Of a stretch of DNA of 64,000 nucleotides, positions 1-11,149 are shown one piece after another. Location: NCBI RefSeq assembly GCF_963921235.1, contig NC_086108.1, forward strand, positions 60,824,001 through 60,888,000. Direction: 5' to 3'. Positions within the stretch are counted from its first letter, which is position 1. Each line of letters opens with the position of its first letter. The DNA comes from Mobula hypostoma. Its lineage: Eukaryota. The translations under genes were made by a program, and so were the position numbers. Under the pieces are notes generated by a model. It was given only the letters and a program-made list of their open reading frames with translations, made no database searches and had not been told where the DNA came from.

Positions 1-168
1 ATGAGCTCACATTTACCAAAGTCATGCTCCTTTTGCCAGACCCGTGTCCATTTGCTTAACCTATCTATATCTCTGCATCCTCTGATTTTCCACTCAATTA
101 AATGTCATCAACATGTGATATGCTACACTCAGTCCTTTTTCCAAATCGTTAATCTATATTGTGAACAG
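1..168 (-). mobile_element. CR1 LINE RT fragment (continues at 2137-2212 and ~3310-4015)
   Basis: The minus strand reads like the CR1 RT region after ADDT (IDRLSKW..WQ.E..GKCE). The sequence resumes as attgtgaacagttgtgggcccagcac at 2137. Confidence 0.65.
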
Positions 169-2136
169 GGCTTCTTCTTCTTCTTTGTTGTTTTATGGCG
201 GTTGGCAACCAGTTTTTCAGTGCATTACCGCCACCTGCTAGACTTGTGGTGTTCCAACCAAATATGTCCCGGAGTCCTCTACTTTAGACAATCTAGTTCA
301 GCCTGCTGTTCTCTATTAGCATCACTCTGTATCTGCAATTCCTCGTGAATGCTTAATGTGCTCATTAGATAATGCCGCAAACTGCTATTCTTCCCTAATT
401 TTGTCAAGTTTTCATGTACTTGCATTACCTCAATTACATTGATTTCATCTACATCACTTGTAAGACTAAGATCGTCTTGTTAACGAATAGTAATTATCAC
501 ACGTTATACTTTTAAAATTGCTGTTTTTCCAAGTCTATCTGCTTTTTCAGGTTTTCCTTTTCTTGGATCGTAGCCTGCAGTTGTTTACTGAGATCTCGGA
601 GTTCTTCTTCATTTGCTTCCATGTTTTCACTTATTATCTGAATGTAGATAATTCACTTTGCAACAAATTCCTTTTCCTTTTGTATCCTTGTAATAATTTC
701 CTCCATTTTCCAATCTCTTTCCAACTCACAGTTGTTCTTGTCGGGTACTTCCATTTGTTGTTGGAGTTCTGCACATTTACCCTGGGCTTCAACCATAAAA
801 TCTGAGGATTTTCCTTAAGTTCTGAAACATATTTTTTAAAATTCTTGACCATTTGCGATAAATATACTGCCATTAAGATTCCATCTCCCCTGCCTGTGAA
901 CTGTTGGATCCTCCATTCAGCATTTCTTTGACTTCTTCCCACCTTTAATACCAAGATACTTTTCTACAGACTTGACTATAATTTTAATTTTCTCAGTTTT
1001 TTTGCTTGTTTGCGCTGAACAATTAATTGCATCCACCATAAAAAGTATGAAATGCTTTCTACTCATTAATAGTGTATCCTTATTTTTCATATTACAGCCC
1101 TCACAATTCACCAGTTTATTATTCCCTGTATTTGTTTGCTTGACAGCCTTTTTTTCATCAAATTCTTTTACTGCCTCTGCATAACTGATTCCTTGAGTTA
1201 TTTTCACATATTGTTCTCAGCTGCCTTCTTGCTATAAATGTACCCTCGATAAGCTGCGCTGTGTTCCTCGCCACAATTGCAGCATTTCAGCCTAGCTCCT
1301 GCTTCACATTTCCCATATTCATGTATTCCAGCGCATCTCCCACATCTTTGTTTTCCTCTGCAGACCGCGGCAATGTGCCCGAATTTCTGACATTTATGGC
1401 ATCTTAAAGGCAGTGGTATATATATTCTAACCGCATAACAAAAATACCCTAAGTAAACGTTAGTCGGCAATCTCTCTTCATCAAAGTTAACCATTACTGA
1501 TAAACTATTACACTTTTTCCCGTTTCTTGTAACTTTCAAATGTTTGGCCTCAATAATTCTTGCTCCTTTTATGTTCTGTTCAATCTCATCCATAGTAACT
1601 TTTGTTGGTATCCCCGAAATAACTCCTCTAGTCCACTTTCTATTGTTGGGTATTGAGCATTTTACTTCTTTGCCGTCTATTTTACTTAATCTTATCACTT
1701 TGCCTTGCTGAGCACTATCCTGACAAATCACTTATAGCGATCCATTTCGTAAAATCTTTGCTCCTTTAATCTCCCCTATAATTTTGTTGAGCATCTTCGT
1801 CAAACGAATCGGGTTCCAATAACCAAAAGACGCCCCGTCTTCACTTAGTTTTATAATTGCTTTAATCTCATCTTCTTTCCATTGTTTTGCTGTCCTGTTT
1901 TGATCATCCACTGACTCCTCAGAGTTTGATATCCCGTACCTCTGCTTTCTTTTCTTCCTCTTTCCAGTCCGTTCCTCTTCCCGCCGAGCTCCATCTCTAG
2001 TTCACTTCCACTCTTGCCAAAAACTTCCTTCAACAGCTTGGCTCTTTCTTTGATGTTCTCTCTCTCTGCCATTTTCCAATCAGCCGTCTCAACCCACTGC
2101 TTCCAACACACCTCTCGTTTGCCAAAAAACCTGCTC
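169..2136 (-). mobile_element. I/Nimb-like LINE with ORF1 and 3' end, ORF2 almost entirely missing
   Basis: TSD ATTGTGAACAG at 158-168 and 2137-2147; (GAA)n tail; 3' motif GGCGGTAATGCA; ORF1 ATG at 2072; ORF2-start remnant IANGQEF/KKYVSELKENPQI at ~805-860. Confidence 0.8.
917..2072 (-). pseudogene. LINE ORF1 gag-like protein with three zinc knuckles, disrupted
   Basis: CHKCQKFGHIAAVC, CGRCAGIHEYGKC and CCNCGEEHSAAYRG, followed by ISYAEAVK. Split over several frames. Confidence 0.8.
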
Positions 2137-2320
2137 ATTGTGAACAGTTGTGGGCCCAGCACCCATTTATCCAAACTCTCTGACTTCTTTTGGATAACCA
2201 ATTCTCTGTCCAGAATCAGACATCCTACCTTTCCCGGAACTTCCGGGGGTCTCCCGCATGTTACTAGTGGCTCCCTGATGCCCGCAAATTATATACAATA
2301 TCACGGAAATCAATTTTTTT

Positions 2321-2510
2321 GAGAGCGAGTGAGAGAAAAGCAAGAGAGAGAGCGCGTGCGAGAGCGAAGGCAAGTGAGCGCGCGAGCGAGAGAGCGAGAG
2401 AGAGCGAGTGAGCAAGAAAGCGAGAGAGAGCGAACCAGCGAGAAAGCAAGCGAGAGCGCTTGAGAGCGCGCGAGCGACCACGAGAGAGAGAGAGAGTGAG
2501 AGAGCGCGCC
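2321..2510. repeat. degenerate (GA)n/(GAGC)n microsatellite
   Basis: Visible low-complexity run. Confidence 0.85.
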
Positions 2511-2630
2511 ATGGGAGAGTGTTCCAAAAAAAATAAAACGTACATCATCCCAGACTACACTAAAGTGTACCCCTGCCTAATAGGGGTCAAAATAATGACA
2601 GTGTTGCTCGCTGCGCTGTTTGCAACAGTG

Positions 2631-3135
2631 ACTCCACTAGTTGGCATATCTCACTCCTGTACGCAGTCTCATCTCCATCTGAAATTGTTCCAACGATGGT
2701 TGTATCATCAGCAAATTTATCGATGGTATTTGAGCTATGCCTAGCCACACAGTCATAGGTATAGAGAGAGTAGAGCAGTGGGCTAAGCACACACCCCTGA
2801 GGTGCACCAGTACTGATCATCAGCGAGTTGGAAATATTACCACCGATCCACACAGATTGTGGTCTTCCAATTAGGAAGTCAAGGATCCAATTGCAGAGAG
2901 AGGTACAGAGGCCCAGGTTCTGTAACTACTCAATCAGAATTGTAGGAATGATGGTGTTGAATGCTGAGCTATAGTCGACAAACAGCATCCTGACATAGAT
3001 GTTTGTATTGTCCAGGTGATCTAAGGCCGTGCGAAGAGCTACTGAGATTGCATCTGCCGTTGACCTATTGTGGCGATAGGAAAGTTGTAATGGGTCCAGG
3101 ACCTTGCTGAGGCAGGTGTTCAGTCTAGTCTTGAC
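2631..3135 (-). mobile_element. Rex1/Babar-like LINE RT fragment
   Basis: [22 protein letters not shown]...[21 protein letters not shown]. Confidence 0.8.
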
Positions 3136-3309
3136 CCCCCAATGTTAACATATAACCCCCAACTCCATGCATCCTTCTCTTATAGAAAGTCTTTTTTGTT
3201 CAAAGTTCTAAGTAAATGTATTATTAAAGTATGTATACATTATATATCCTTGTGATTCATCTCCTTATAGTCAGCCACAAAACAAAGAAATCCCAAAAAA
3301 AAATATATC

Positions 3310-4015
3310 TGACACCTTATCAAATGCCTTCTGGAAATTCAAGTATACAACATCCATCTGTTGCCCCCTACTCCTGCACTCATTATATCCTCAAAAAATT
3401 CCATTTAGTTTGCCAAACAGGATCTGCCCTTTATGAATCCGTGCTGTGTCTGCCTGATGAAACCACTTCTATCCAGCTGTCACACTACTTCTTCCTTTAT
3501 GATAACTTCAAGCACTTCCCCAACTATAGATGTTAAACTAACTGGCCTTAAGTTACCCGCCTTTTGTCTTTTTTAAAAAAACAATGGGGTGACATTCCAG
3601 CATCTGCAGATTTTCTCTTGTGCATGACATTCTCTGTTTTCCAGTCAGCCAGGACCTGCTCAGAGTCCAGATAGTTTTGGTAAATCATTACAAACGTACC
3701 TATTACAACTTGTGCCACTTTTTTCAGTACCTGGGATGCATTCCATCAGGACTAGGTACTTGTCTACTTTTAAGCCCCCTAGTTTGTTCATTACTACTTC
3801 TTTAGTGGCAAAGAGTGCATCAAGGTACTCACCTCCTATTACATCCATAACATATCTTTAGCATGTTAGATGTGTCCTCCACCATGTAGATTGATACAAA
3901 ATAGTAATTCAAGTCCTCAGCAATTTTCACATTACCCAGTATTATTTACCCGTTTTCAACTTCCAAAGGAAATACTTTCACTTTAGCCACCCTTTTCTGC
4001 TTTTTATAATTATAA
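3310..4015 (-). mobile_element. decayed CR1 ORF2 fragment
   Basis: Typical CR1 segments (gacaccttatcaaatgccttctgg; LKVDK..PG region). Confidence 0.65.
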
Positions 4016-4367
4016 GAACTTATACCATCTATTTTTTATTACATGTGTATATTACTTGAGCTACATGTATACAATATGATTGAAAATGTGTTTCTTCAGA
4101 CACTGTGCAATTAAGTATAGATTCTAATGAAGATATGTGAAACTCAACTTGCTATTTTACTGAAAGGGTGGTGGGATCAGTATTTTGTGTATATTCTTAT
4201 ATACGATAGATAAAAATGAGTCAGTCCAGGACTGGTACTTCAATAAGAGTAATTGTATTATTCTGCATAGTTCTTCTAAAACAAAAACACTTAAAGTTAT
4301 CAATACCAAGAAGGTCAGTCATGACCACATTTTTTCTATTCATCCCAGTGATTGGCTGTAGGCTACC

Positions 4368-4625
4368 TAGATAGATAGATACACACTTGATTGATCCCAA
4401 AGGAAATTACAGTGTCATGGTAGCTTTACAAGTGCACAGATTTACAAATATTAGAAGTAAGAAAGAATAAAAAGTAAGTTACCTCAAACAGTCAAACAAG
4501 AGGGAGTCACCACTTCCCCAGCTATAGGTTGACTCATTATAGAGCCTGTTGGCCGAGGGCAACAATGATCTCATATAGTGCTCTTTGGAGCAGTGCAGTT
4601 GTCTTAGTCTACGACTGAAAGTAAT
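4368..4625 (-). mobile_element. LINE 3' end with (ATCT)n tail; a second copy lies at ~24912-25200
   Basis: gatagatagat...atcccaaaggaaattacagtgt...tataggttgact...ctctttgga is shared by both loci. Confidence 0.7.
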
Positions 4626-5233
4626 GCTGTTATCTCACTACTTACACTTCCTTTCTCCCTAACATCCTAAATCATGCGTTTGTCTGTCTTCATTGCTGCT
4701 ACCTACATATTACAATACTGCTTGGCTAGTATATGGTTCCTAGGAGCATCATAAAGTTATGTTTGCTTAATATTTCAGTAATACTTGAGTAATGTTGTAA
4801 ATATCTTATTTAATTAAGTTTTATTAAGTATTCTTTGCAGTTTGCATACTGTAATTCATTACGGATTATAAGTAAAAATACGTGAATGGTATACATCATT
4901 ATGCCAACATGTCACATATACATGCCATGTTAAAAGTAAGAATGAAATAGACATGTTATCCCCAACTCTGTTTTTCTTTCAATTAGTTTTGGAGTAACAA
5001 AACATAACAATAGCGATGAGTCAGTTTTAAAATGAACTTGAGAAGACTACCTACCTTTTGAAGTCAGTGAGACGTTTGAGCTTTAAAATAAGTGCAGCAT
5101 GTTTTATCCTTCAAAAGGCAGAGAGGACAGTCAAGCTAAAGAAAAGGCAGAAAATGCACAAATTTGTGGGTTCACAAAAAGGGAAAACAGATGATAAAAT
5201 AATGATAAATTTAATAAAAGAGCAGAAGACATA

Positions 5234-5865
5234 TGAAACACCCTGGTTTCCTTGGCTGCGTAAGTCTGGGGAAAACACTCTCAAGTCCGCCAAACTCGGG
5301 AGACTGAGACAGCTCGTCCCACTCCAAACGCTGGTTTGTGTGGATGCTGTGTAATTTTCTACCCTGTTACAAATTAGTGCCAAGAAATATTAGACAGTAT
5401 ACTGCATACAATTAAAGGAATTATCTTTATGAATCTTAACTTATCTAAAGGGTTAGTGAAGAATAACAAAAGAAAAGGGCCCATTCTAGCTAACAGTCAA
5501 CAGTGCGCCAGTTGGAGCTCGTCTTGAACTTTGTCACTCACTCTCCAGGCCCTCGGTCAGCAGGAAAGCACACACCACCTTCCGAACGTCGCTCACAATC
5601 CATCTCGAACAAACAGGTCTCCCACCGGATCATATACTACAACTGGTTTCCTCGGTGTCTTCTCTCTCCATCTCCTGCCGAACACAAGCCCAAGACCAGC
5701 CTTATTGTCCCTCACCAAGAAAAACTCCCAGATGGCACACATTCCTCATCATCCCTTATCTTCAACAATAACCCAAACAGCCTGAATGCACAAAAGCAGC
5801 TCTTACAGAGCTGCTAAATGAAATACCTACAGCATAACTATAAAGATGTGAACCAGGACATTACA
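5234..5865. mobile_element. solo LTR of a different family nested in Gypsy gag
   Basis: TG...CA ends with imperfect inverted termini (TGAAACACCCTGGTT / AACCAGGACATTACA); 4-bp TSD CATA at 5230-5233 and 5866-5869. Confidence 0.8.
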
Positions 5866-6384
5866 CATACAAAGAGCATTATTGGGCAGAGAAGGTAAAT
5901 GGACAGCACAGGGAACACATAAAGATAAAAAAATCAAAGTGCAATTTCAAAAACAGCACTAATCTGCATGCTGTTAATGAAAAATCTGATAATGATGAGT
6001 GACACAGGACTAGATAGCCTTCAGATTTACAATCTAAAACTACCAAGAGACAAGCTTACAACAGAAGTGAACAGCAAATTAATTAAGACGGAATTGGATG
6101 CTGGTTTGGCTATTCCACAAGATGAATATGAATGGCTTTTCAAATATACTGAATTGAAGCCTGCAGATATCCAGTTAAGAACTTATACTAGAGATAAGAT
6201 GACTCCTGTGGGAATGACATTTGTGAAAGTGAAATATCAACAATCACACTGGGCTTGTATGTAGTAAAAACAGGAGGGCTAGCATTGTGGGGCTATGATT
6301 AGCTGAGACAAGAAAAACTTGATTGAAGATCCATCCACAATTTGCATGTCACATCCCCTGCAATAGTCAATTGAAAGTGAATTA

Positions 6385-7005
6385 GATTATGAAGCCACGT
6401 AGTCCTCTTTTATTGTCATTTAGTAATGCATGCATTAAGAAATGATACAATATTTCCTCCGGAGTTATGTCACAAAACACAGGACAGACCAAGACTGAAA
6501 AAAACTGACAAAACCACATAATTATAACATATAGTTACAACAGTGCAACAATACCATAACTTGATGAAGAAGTCCGTGAGCACAGTAAAGTTCAAAGTCT
6601 CTCAAATGTCTCACATCTCATGCAGATGGGAGAAGGAAGAAAAACTCTCCTTGCCATGCCGACCACGATCCGACTCTGAGTCATCGGAAAACTTCGAGCT
6701 CTGTTCAGCTCTCCGACACCGAGTACTAAGCGCCACCTCTGTCCGAACAATTCAACCTCCTTCTCGGATGCCAAAAGCAGGCAGGCAAGGCTGGGGATTT
6801 TGAGGCCTACCCTCCGAAAGATTCCCGACCACGCAGTAACGACAGCAGCGGACGAGGGTTTCAGAAATTTCTCCAGATGTTCCTCTGTGCTTTCACGCCC
6901 ATTCTCCATCAAATCGGAATTGTCCACGGCCCCTATTTAACAGATAAATATCGTTTTTCACCAGAGGGCTGCGCACGCGCAGGCGCGTCGCCATCTTCTC
7001 CTCCC
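6385..7005 (-). mobile_element. short non-autonomous retroelement, copy 1
   Basis: Homologous to 10153-10826 and ~28932-29551. 5' GGAGAAGATGGCG head, 3' AATAAA and (TAATC) tail; interrupts Gypsy pol. Confidence 0.85.
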
Positions 7006-9021
7006 TTACGAAAGTTACTGGATGATGCCACAGCAGTGTTCAAGAATAGCACTGGAAAACTAAAATATATCAAAGGTAAGATAGTGTTAAATAAAAATGC
7101 CACGCAAGTTTTACAAAGCCCATCTGATTCCTTATGCAATCCGTGATAAAGTAGCCAGTGAGCTAGATCACATGGAGGCTGAGAGCATTCTTTCCAAGTT
7201 TGAGTGGAGCCCATGGGCAATGCCTGTGGTCTGAGTAGCCAAGAAGGATGGGTCTGTCTGTGGTAATTTTAAGGTCACCATCAACCCAGTACTGAAAGTA
7301 GATCAATCTCCTCTGTCCAGGATAGAGGATAGTTTTGCAAACCTCTCTGGGTTAAACACTTCAGCAAAGTGGACTTAGCAGAAGGACCTACATCATGTAC
7401 CTACAGATGGAGATGGAAGAGGAGTCCGTAGTGTTTCTCACCATAAACACTCACAAAGGGCTTCATCACTATAATAGACTTATTTTTGGAGGAGCATCTG
7501 CACCTGCACTCTGGCAGAAAGCTATGAACCAAGTACTTCAAGGCTGCCCAGGCACTCAGTGTTACTTCAATGACATCATTGTCATTGATAAGGATAACAA
7601 GGAACATTTCCAAAATCTCAAACCAGTACACTGTTAAAACGATTAGAAGATTAAGGGCTCAGAGCACAATGCAACAAGTTTGAATTCTTTGTTCACACCA
7701 TTGACGCACAAGAATTATGCAAGTGTGCTGAGAAAATTCAAGCAGTTGTGGCTGCCCCAAGGCCAGAAGACATGTTGCATTTGATCCTTTTTAGAATTTC
7801 TCAATTACTATAACAGGTTACTGCCAAACTTGGCCACTGTGCTCCACACCTTAACCTCATTACTACAGATCGGGAAGAAATGGCAATGGACAAAGCAGTG
7901 TGAGATGGCTTTCAAAAAGTTAAAGGAAATGGTGATGACAGACACATTATGATCCACGTCGTCTAGTGAAGCTTACCAGTGACACCTCACCTTATGCTAT
8001 AGGTGCAGTGATGTCACATGTTATGAGTGATGGAAGTGAATGCCCACAGCCTTTACATCACGTTCCCTTACCAGTGCACTGACCATCAACCACACGTGTC
8101 CATTTTCAATCCACAGAAGGGTGTTCCACTAACAGCTGCAGCAGGAATGCAGAGATGGGCTCTGTTTCTTGGAGGACACAATTACAAGATCGATTTCAAG
8201 AGGACATCTAATCATGGAAATGCTGATGGATGGTCACGTTTGCCCTTGGAAAAGTAAATATCTGAAAAATTTTAAAAAGAGGACACTCTTTATTCTCCCT
8301 AATGCAAATCTAAAGTCTCCCTATTACAGCAGAGGTGATCCAAATGGAAACCAGAAAAGACCCCACACTGTCTCAGGTCTGCATGGCCACCCAAATGGTT
8401 GGAATATACAACAGAAATTCCAGATCCCTCATTTTAACAGCATTTGGTATGAACTTGCCCTTGACAGTGGTTGACTTATGCGGGGGTTAAGTGTTGCTGT
8501 TATACCATTCATGCTAAAAGCTAAAGTGTTGGAGGAGCTACATGCTAGTCATCTAGACAAGGTCAAAATGAAAACTTTGGCTCGAAGCTTTGTCTGGTGG
8601 CCTGGAATAGATCAACAGATCGAGCCGCTCACCATGCACTGTCTGGGATCCCGACACATCCAGAAGATGGCAACAACTGTGCCTCTCTATCCCTGGTAAT
8701 GGTCTACATCGCCCTGGCAGAGAATTCTTGTGTATTTTGACCATTCATGGACATAAATTTCTGGTAACGTGGCCAGAAGTGCCCCCAATAGCCTCCACTA
8801 CACTTCAGAAGTCTGTTGTTCCAGAACAGTTAGTCAGTGACAACGGACCACAGCTTGTTGCAGAACAGTTTGAGTCATTCCTGAAAATCAATGGAAGAAG
8901 ACATTTCACATCTGCACTATACCACCCAGGTACAAATGGCTTGGCAGAAAAGTCTGTCTGGAGTGTAAAGAACACATTTCAAGCAATGTCAGCAGAACAC
9001 ACTGCACTGACACTGAATCAG

Positions 9022-9384
9022 GTGTATAAGATGATGAGAGGCATTGATCGTGTGGACAGCCAGAGGCTTTTTTCCAGGGATGAAATGGCTTACATGAGGG
9101 GGCATCGTTTTAAGCTGTTTGGAAATAGGTACCAAGGGGATGCCGGGGTAAGTTTTTCACACAGAGAGTGGTGGGTGCATGGAATGCACTGCCGGTGGCA
9201 GTGGTGGAAGCGGATACAATAGCGTCTTTTAAGAGCCTCTTAAATGGGTACATGGAGCTTAGAAAAATAGAAGGCTATGCGCTAGGGAAATTCCAGGCAG
9301 TTTCTAGAGTAGGTTATATGGTCGGCACAACATTGTGGGCTGAAGGGCCTGTAATGTGCTGTAGCTTTCTATGTTCTATGTTAT
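9022..9384 (+). mobile_element. 5'-truncated CR1 3' end nested in Gypsy integrase
   Basis: VYKMMRGIDRVDSQRLF..RGH; (TTCTATG)n tail; TSD ATCAG at 9017-9021 and 9385-9389. Confidence 0.85.
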
Positions 9385-10152
9385 ATCAGAAGTTCACCAA
9401 TTTCTCTCTTTTAAATCACAATGCAACACACTCCACAGCCAACAACTCACCAGCTACGCTGTTCCTAAGTCAACCCTGCACTCATGCTTGGATCTCCTCA
9501 AGCCCAATCTCAGAAGGAGTATTCAGGACAAATGGCTGATTCTAATTGACGTCTCTTCAAACAAGGAGGTTTGATGTTTCACTCCTGAACAAGCAGTTCT
9601 GGTGAGGGACTACGGAGGTGATAAAAAATGGGTACTTGGAAAGATTAAGGACAAAACTGGACCACTCTCCTGCACAGTGGAGATTGTATCTGAAGTCTTC
9701 TGGAGACGACACATCAATCAGTTGAGGAAAGCAAAGTCCTGTTAGAGAAGAAAGGTGTCCAGAGCTGTCAGAACCACTTCCTGCAGTCCCAGAGTCAACT
9801 CCTGCAATCACCACGGAGGAGGCCCCAGAACCTGAGATTGTTTCACAGCCTCAACTTCCACCTACCAAGCAAAGTGACTCCACTTGTCAGGAAAGATAAT
9901 TATCCCACAAGAGTAAAATCCTCCGTAGCATTTAAATCTTCAGACATGAATGAGATAATTTAAAATTTACTATGCTGTGGATGTCTATGTAGTATTTGTA
10001 TTATATGGTATGCTGTGCACATAAGAGAGAGACAGAGAGAGAGAGAGAAACACATTAAATGTTGAGTTGTGATGCATTCTATATTCAGTTGGGGTTTAAA
10101 ACTAAGCTGAGAGGAGTATTGTGTATTTAATACTCCAGTAATATTTGAGTAA

Positions 10153-10826
10153 GAGAGGAGAGGAGAAGATGGCAGCGTGACGCAGCGCGCAGCGGCCACT
10201 CCAGTGATTGATATCTGTTATCTGTCAAGTAAGGTGCCGTGCACAATTCTGATTTGATGGAGGCAGATGTGAGAACATGGAGGAACATCTGGTGAAACTT
10301 CTGAAATGCCTGTTTCACTGGCGCCGCTACTGCGTGATCCAAAATCTCCGGAGGGGAAGGCCCTGAGTCCTTGGCTTTGCTTGTTGCTTGGCAGCCGGGG
10401 CGGGGTCGAAGCGCTCGGCAGAGATGGTGCTTAGTGCTCAGTCGGAGGGCAGGTTGGAGGCTCGAAGCTTTCGGACGGACTCAGAGTTGGCTGTGGTTGG
10501 GTGCTTCCAGGATGCTGTATTGGCAAGTTTGCGGCGCTGGAGGCTCATGGCAGGGAGAGTTTCTCCCTTCTACCGTCTGCGTGAGATGTTGGGGCTATCG
10601 GGACTTTGAGACTTTTTTTTACCATGCCCATGGTCTGTTCTTTATCAAATTACGGTATTGCTTTGCACTGTTGTAACTATATGCTATAATTATGTGGGTT
10701 TTGTCAGTTTTAGTCTTGATCTGTCCTGTGTTTCTGTGATATCATACTGGAGGAACATTGTATCATTTCTTAATGCATGCATTTCTAAATGACAATAAAC
10801 AAGGACTGAGTCCTCATAATCTAATC
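10153..10826 (+). mobile_element. short non-autonomous retroelement, copy 2 (inside the Gypsy 3' LTR)
   Basis: Same head and tail as copy 1; flanked by TAA on both sides. Confidence 0.85.
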
Positions 10827-11149
10827 TAATATTGTAAATATATTGTTTGATTAATCGTTCTTGTTTGTTTAAGTAATTCATTTCGGGTTATATGTAACAG
10901 TATGTAACAGCATACGTCATCATGCCACCATATTGTAAGTGCATGTCTTACTAAAAGTAAGAACAATGTAGACACATTATCCCCAGCTCTGTGATTTTCT
11001 TTTGATTAGCTTTGGAGTTACAAAACATTACAGTTTGTTAAGGGGAAAGGGGGAGTAACAGGGTAATTCTGATATAAAATCAGAAGAGAGTGTGGGTTGA
11101 GAAGGTGACGGGATGTGAGAAGAAAGATTAGGTAAGAGGATGCTAACAT

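Larger units (their letters stand above)
4755..11032 (+). mobile_element. decayed Gypsy LTR retrotransposon (5' LTR ~4755-5009; 3' LTR ~10117-11032, interrupted)
   Basis: Both LTRs end ttggagt.acaaaacat.aca. PBS-like atagcgatgag at 5010 and PPT gagaggag before 10117. RT motifs LTINTHKGL..YNRL.FG.ASAPALWQ and CYFNDII; RNase H TDHQP/MQRWALFL; integrase ARSFVWWPGID, LVSDNGPQ and YHPGTNGLAE. Confidence 0.9.

Noticed and set aside
2167..2548. Arg/Ser/Leu-rich ORFs
   Set aside because: Translation artefacts of the GA microsatellite.
2217..2652. Apparent TIR pair around the GA microsatellite
   Set aside because: The right-hand 'TIR' is part of the Rex-like RT coding sequence (SEICQLVE), so the match is coincidental. 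The left end may be a truncated DNA transposon, but I cannot support it.
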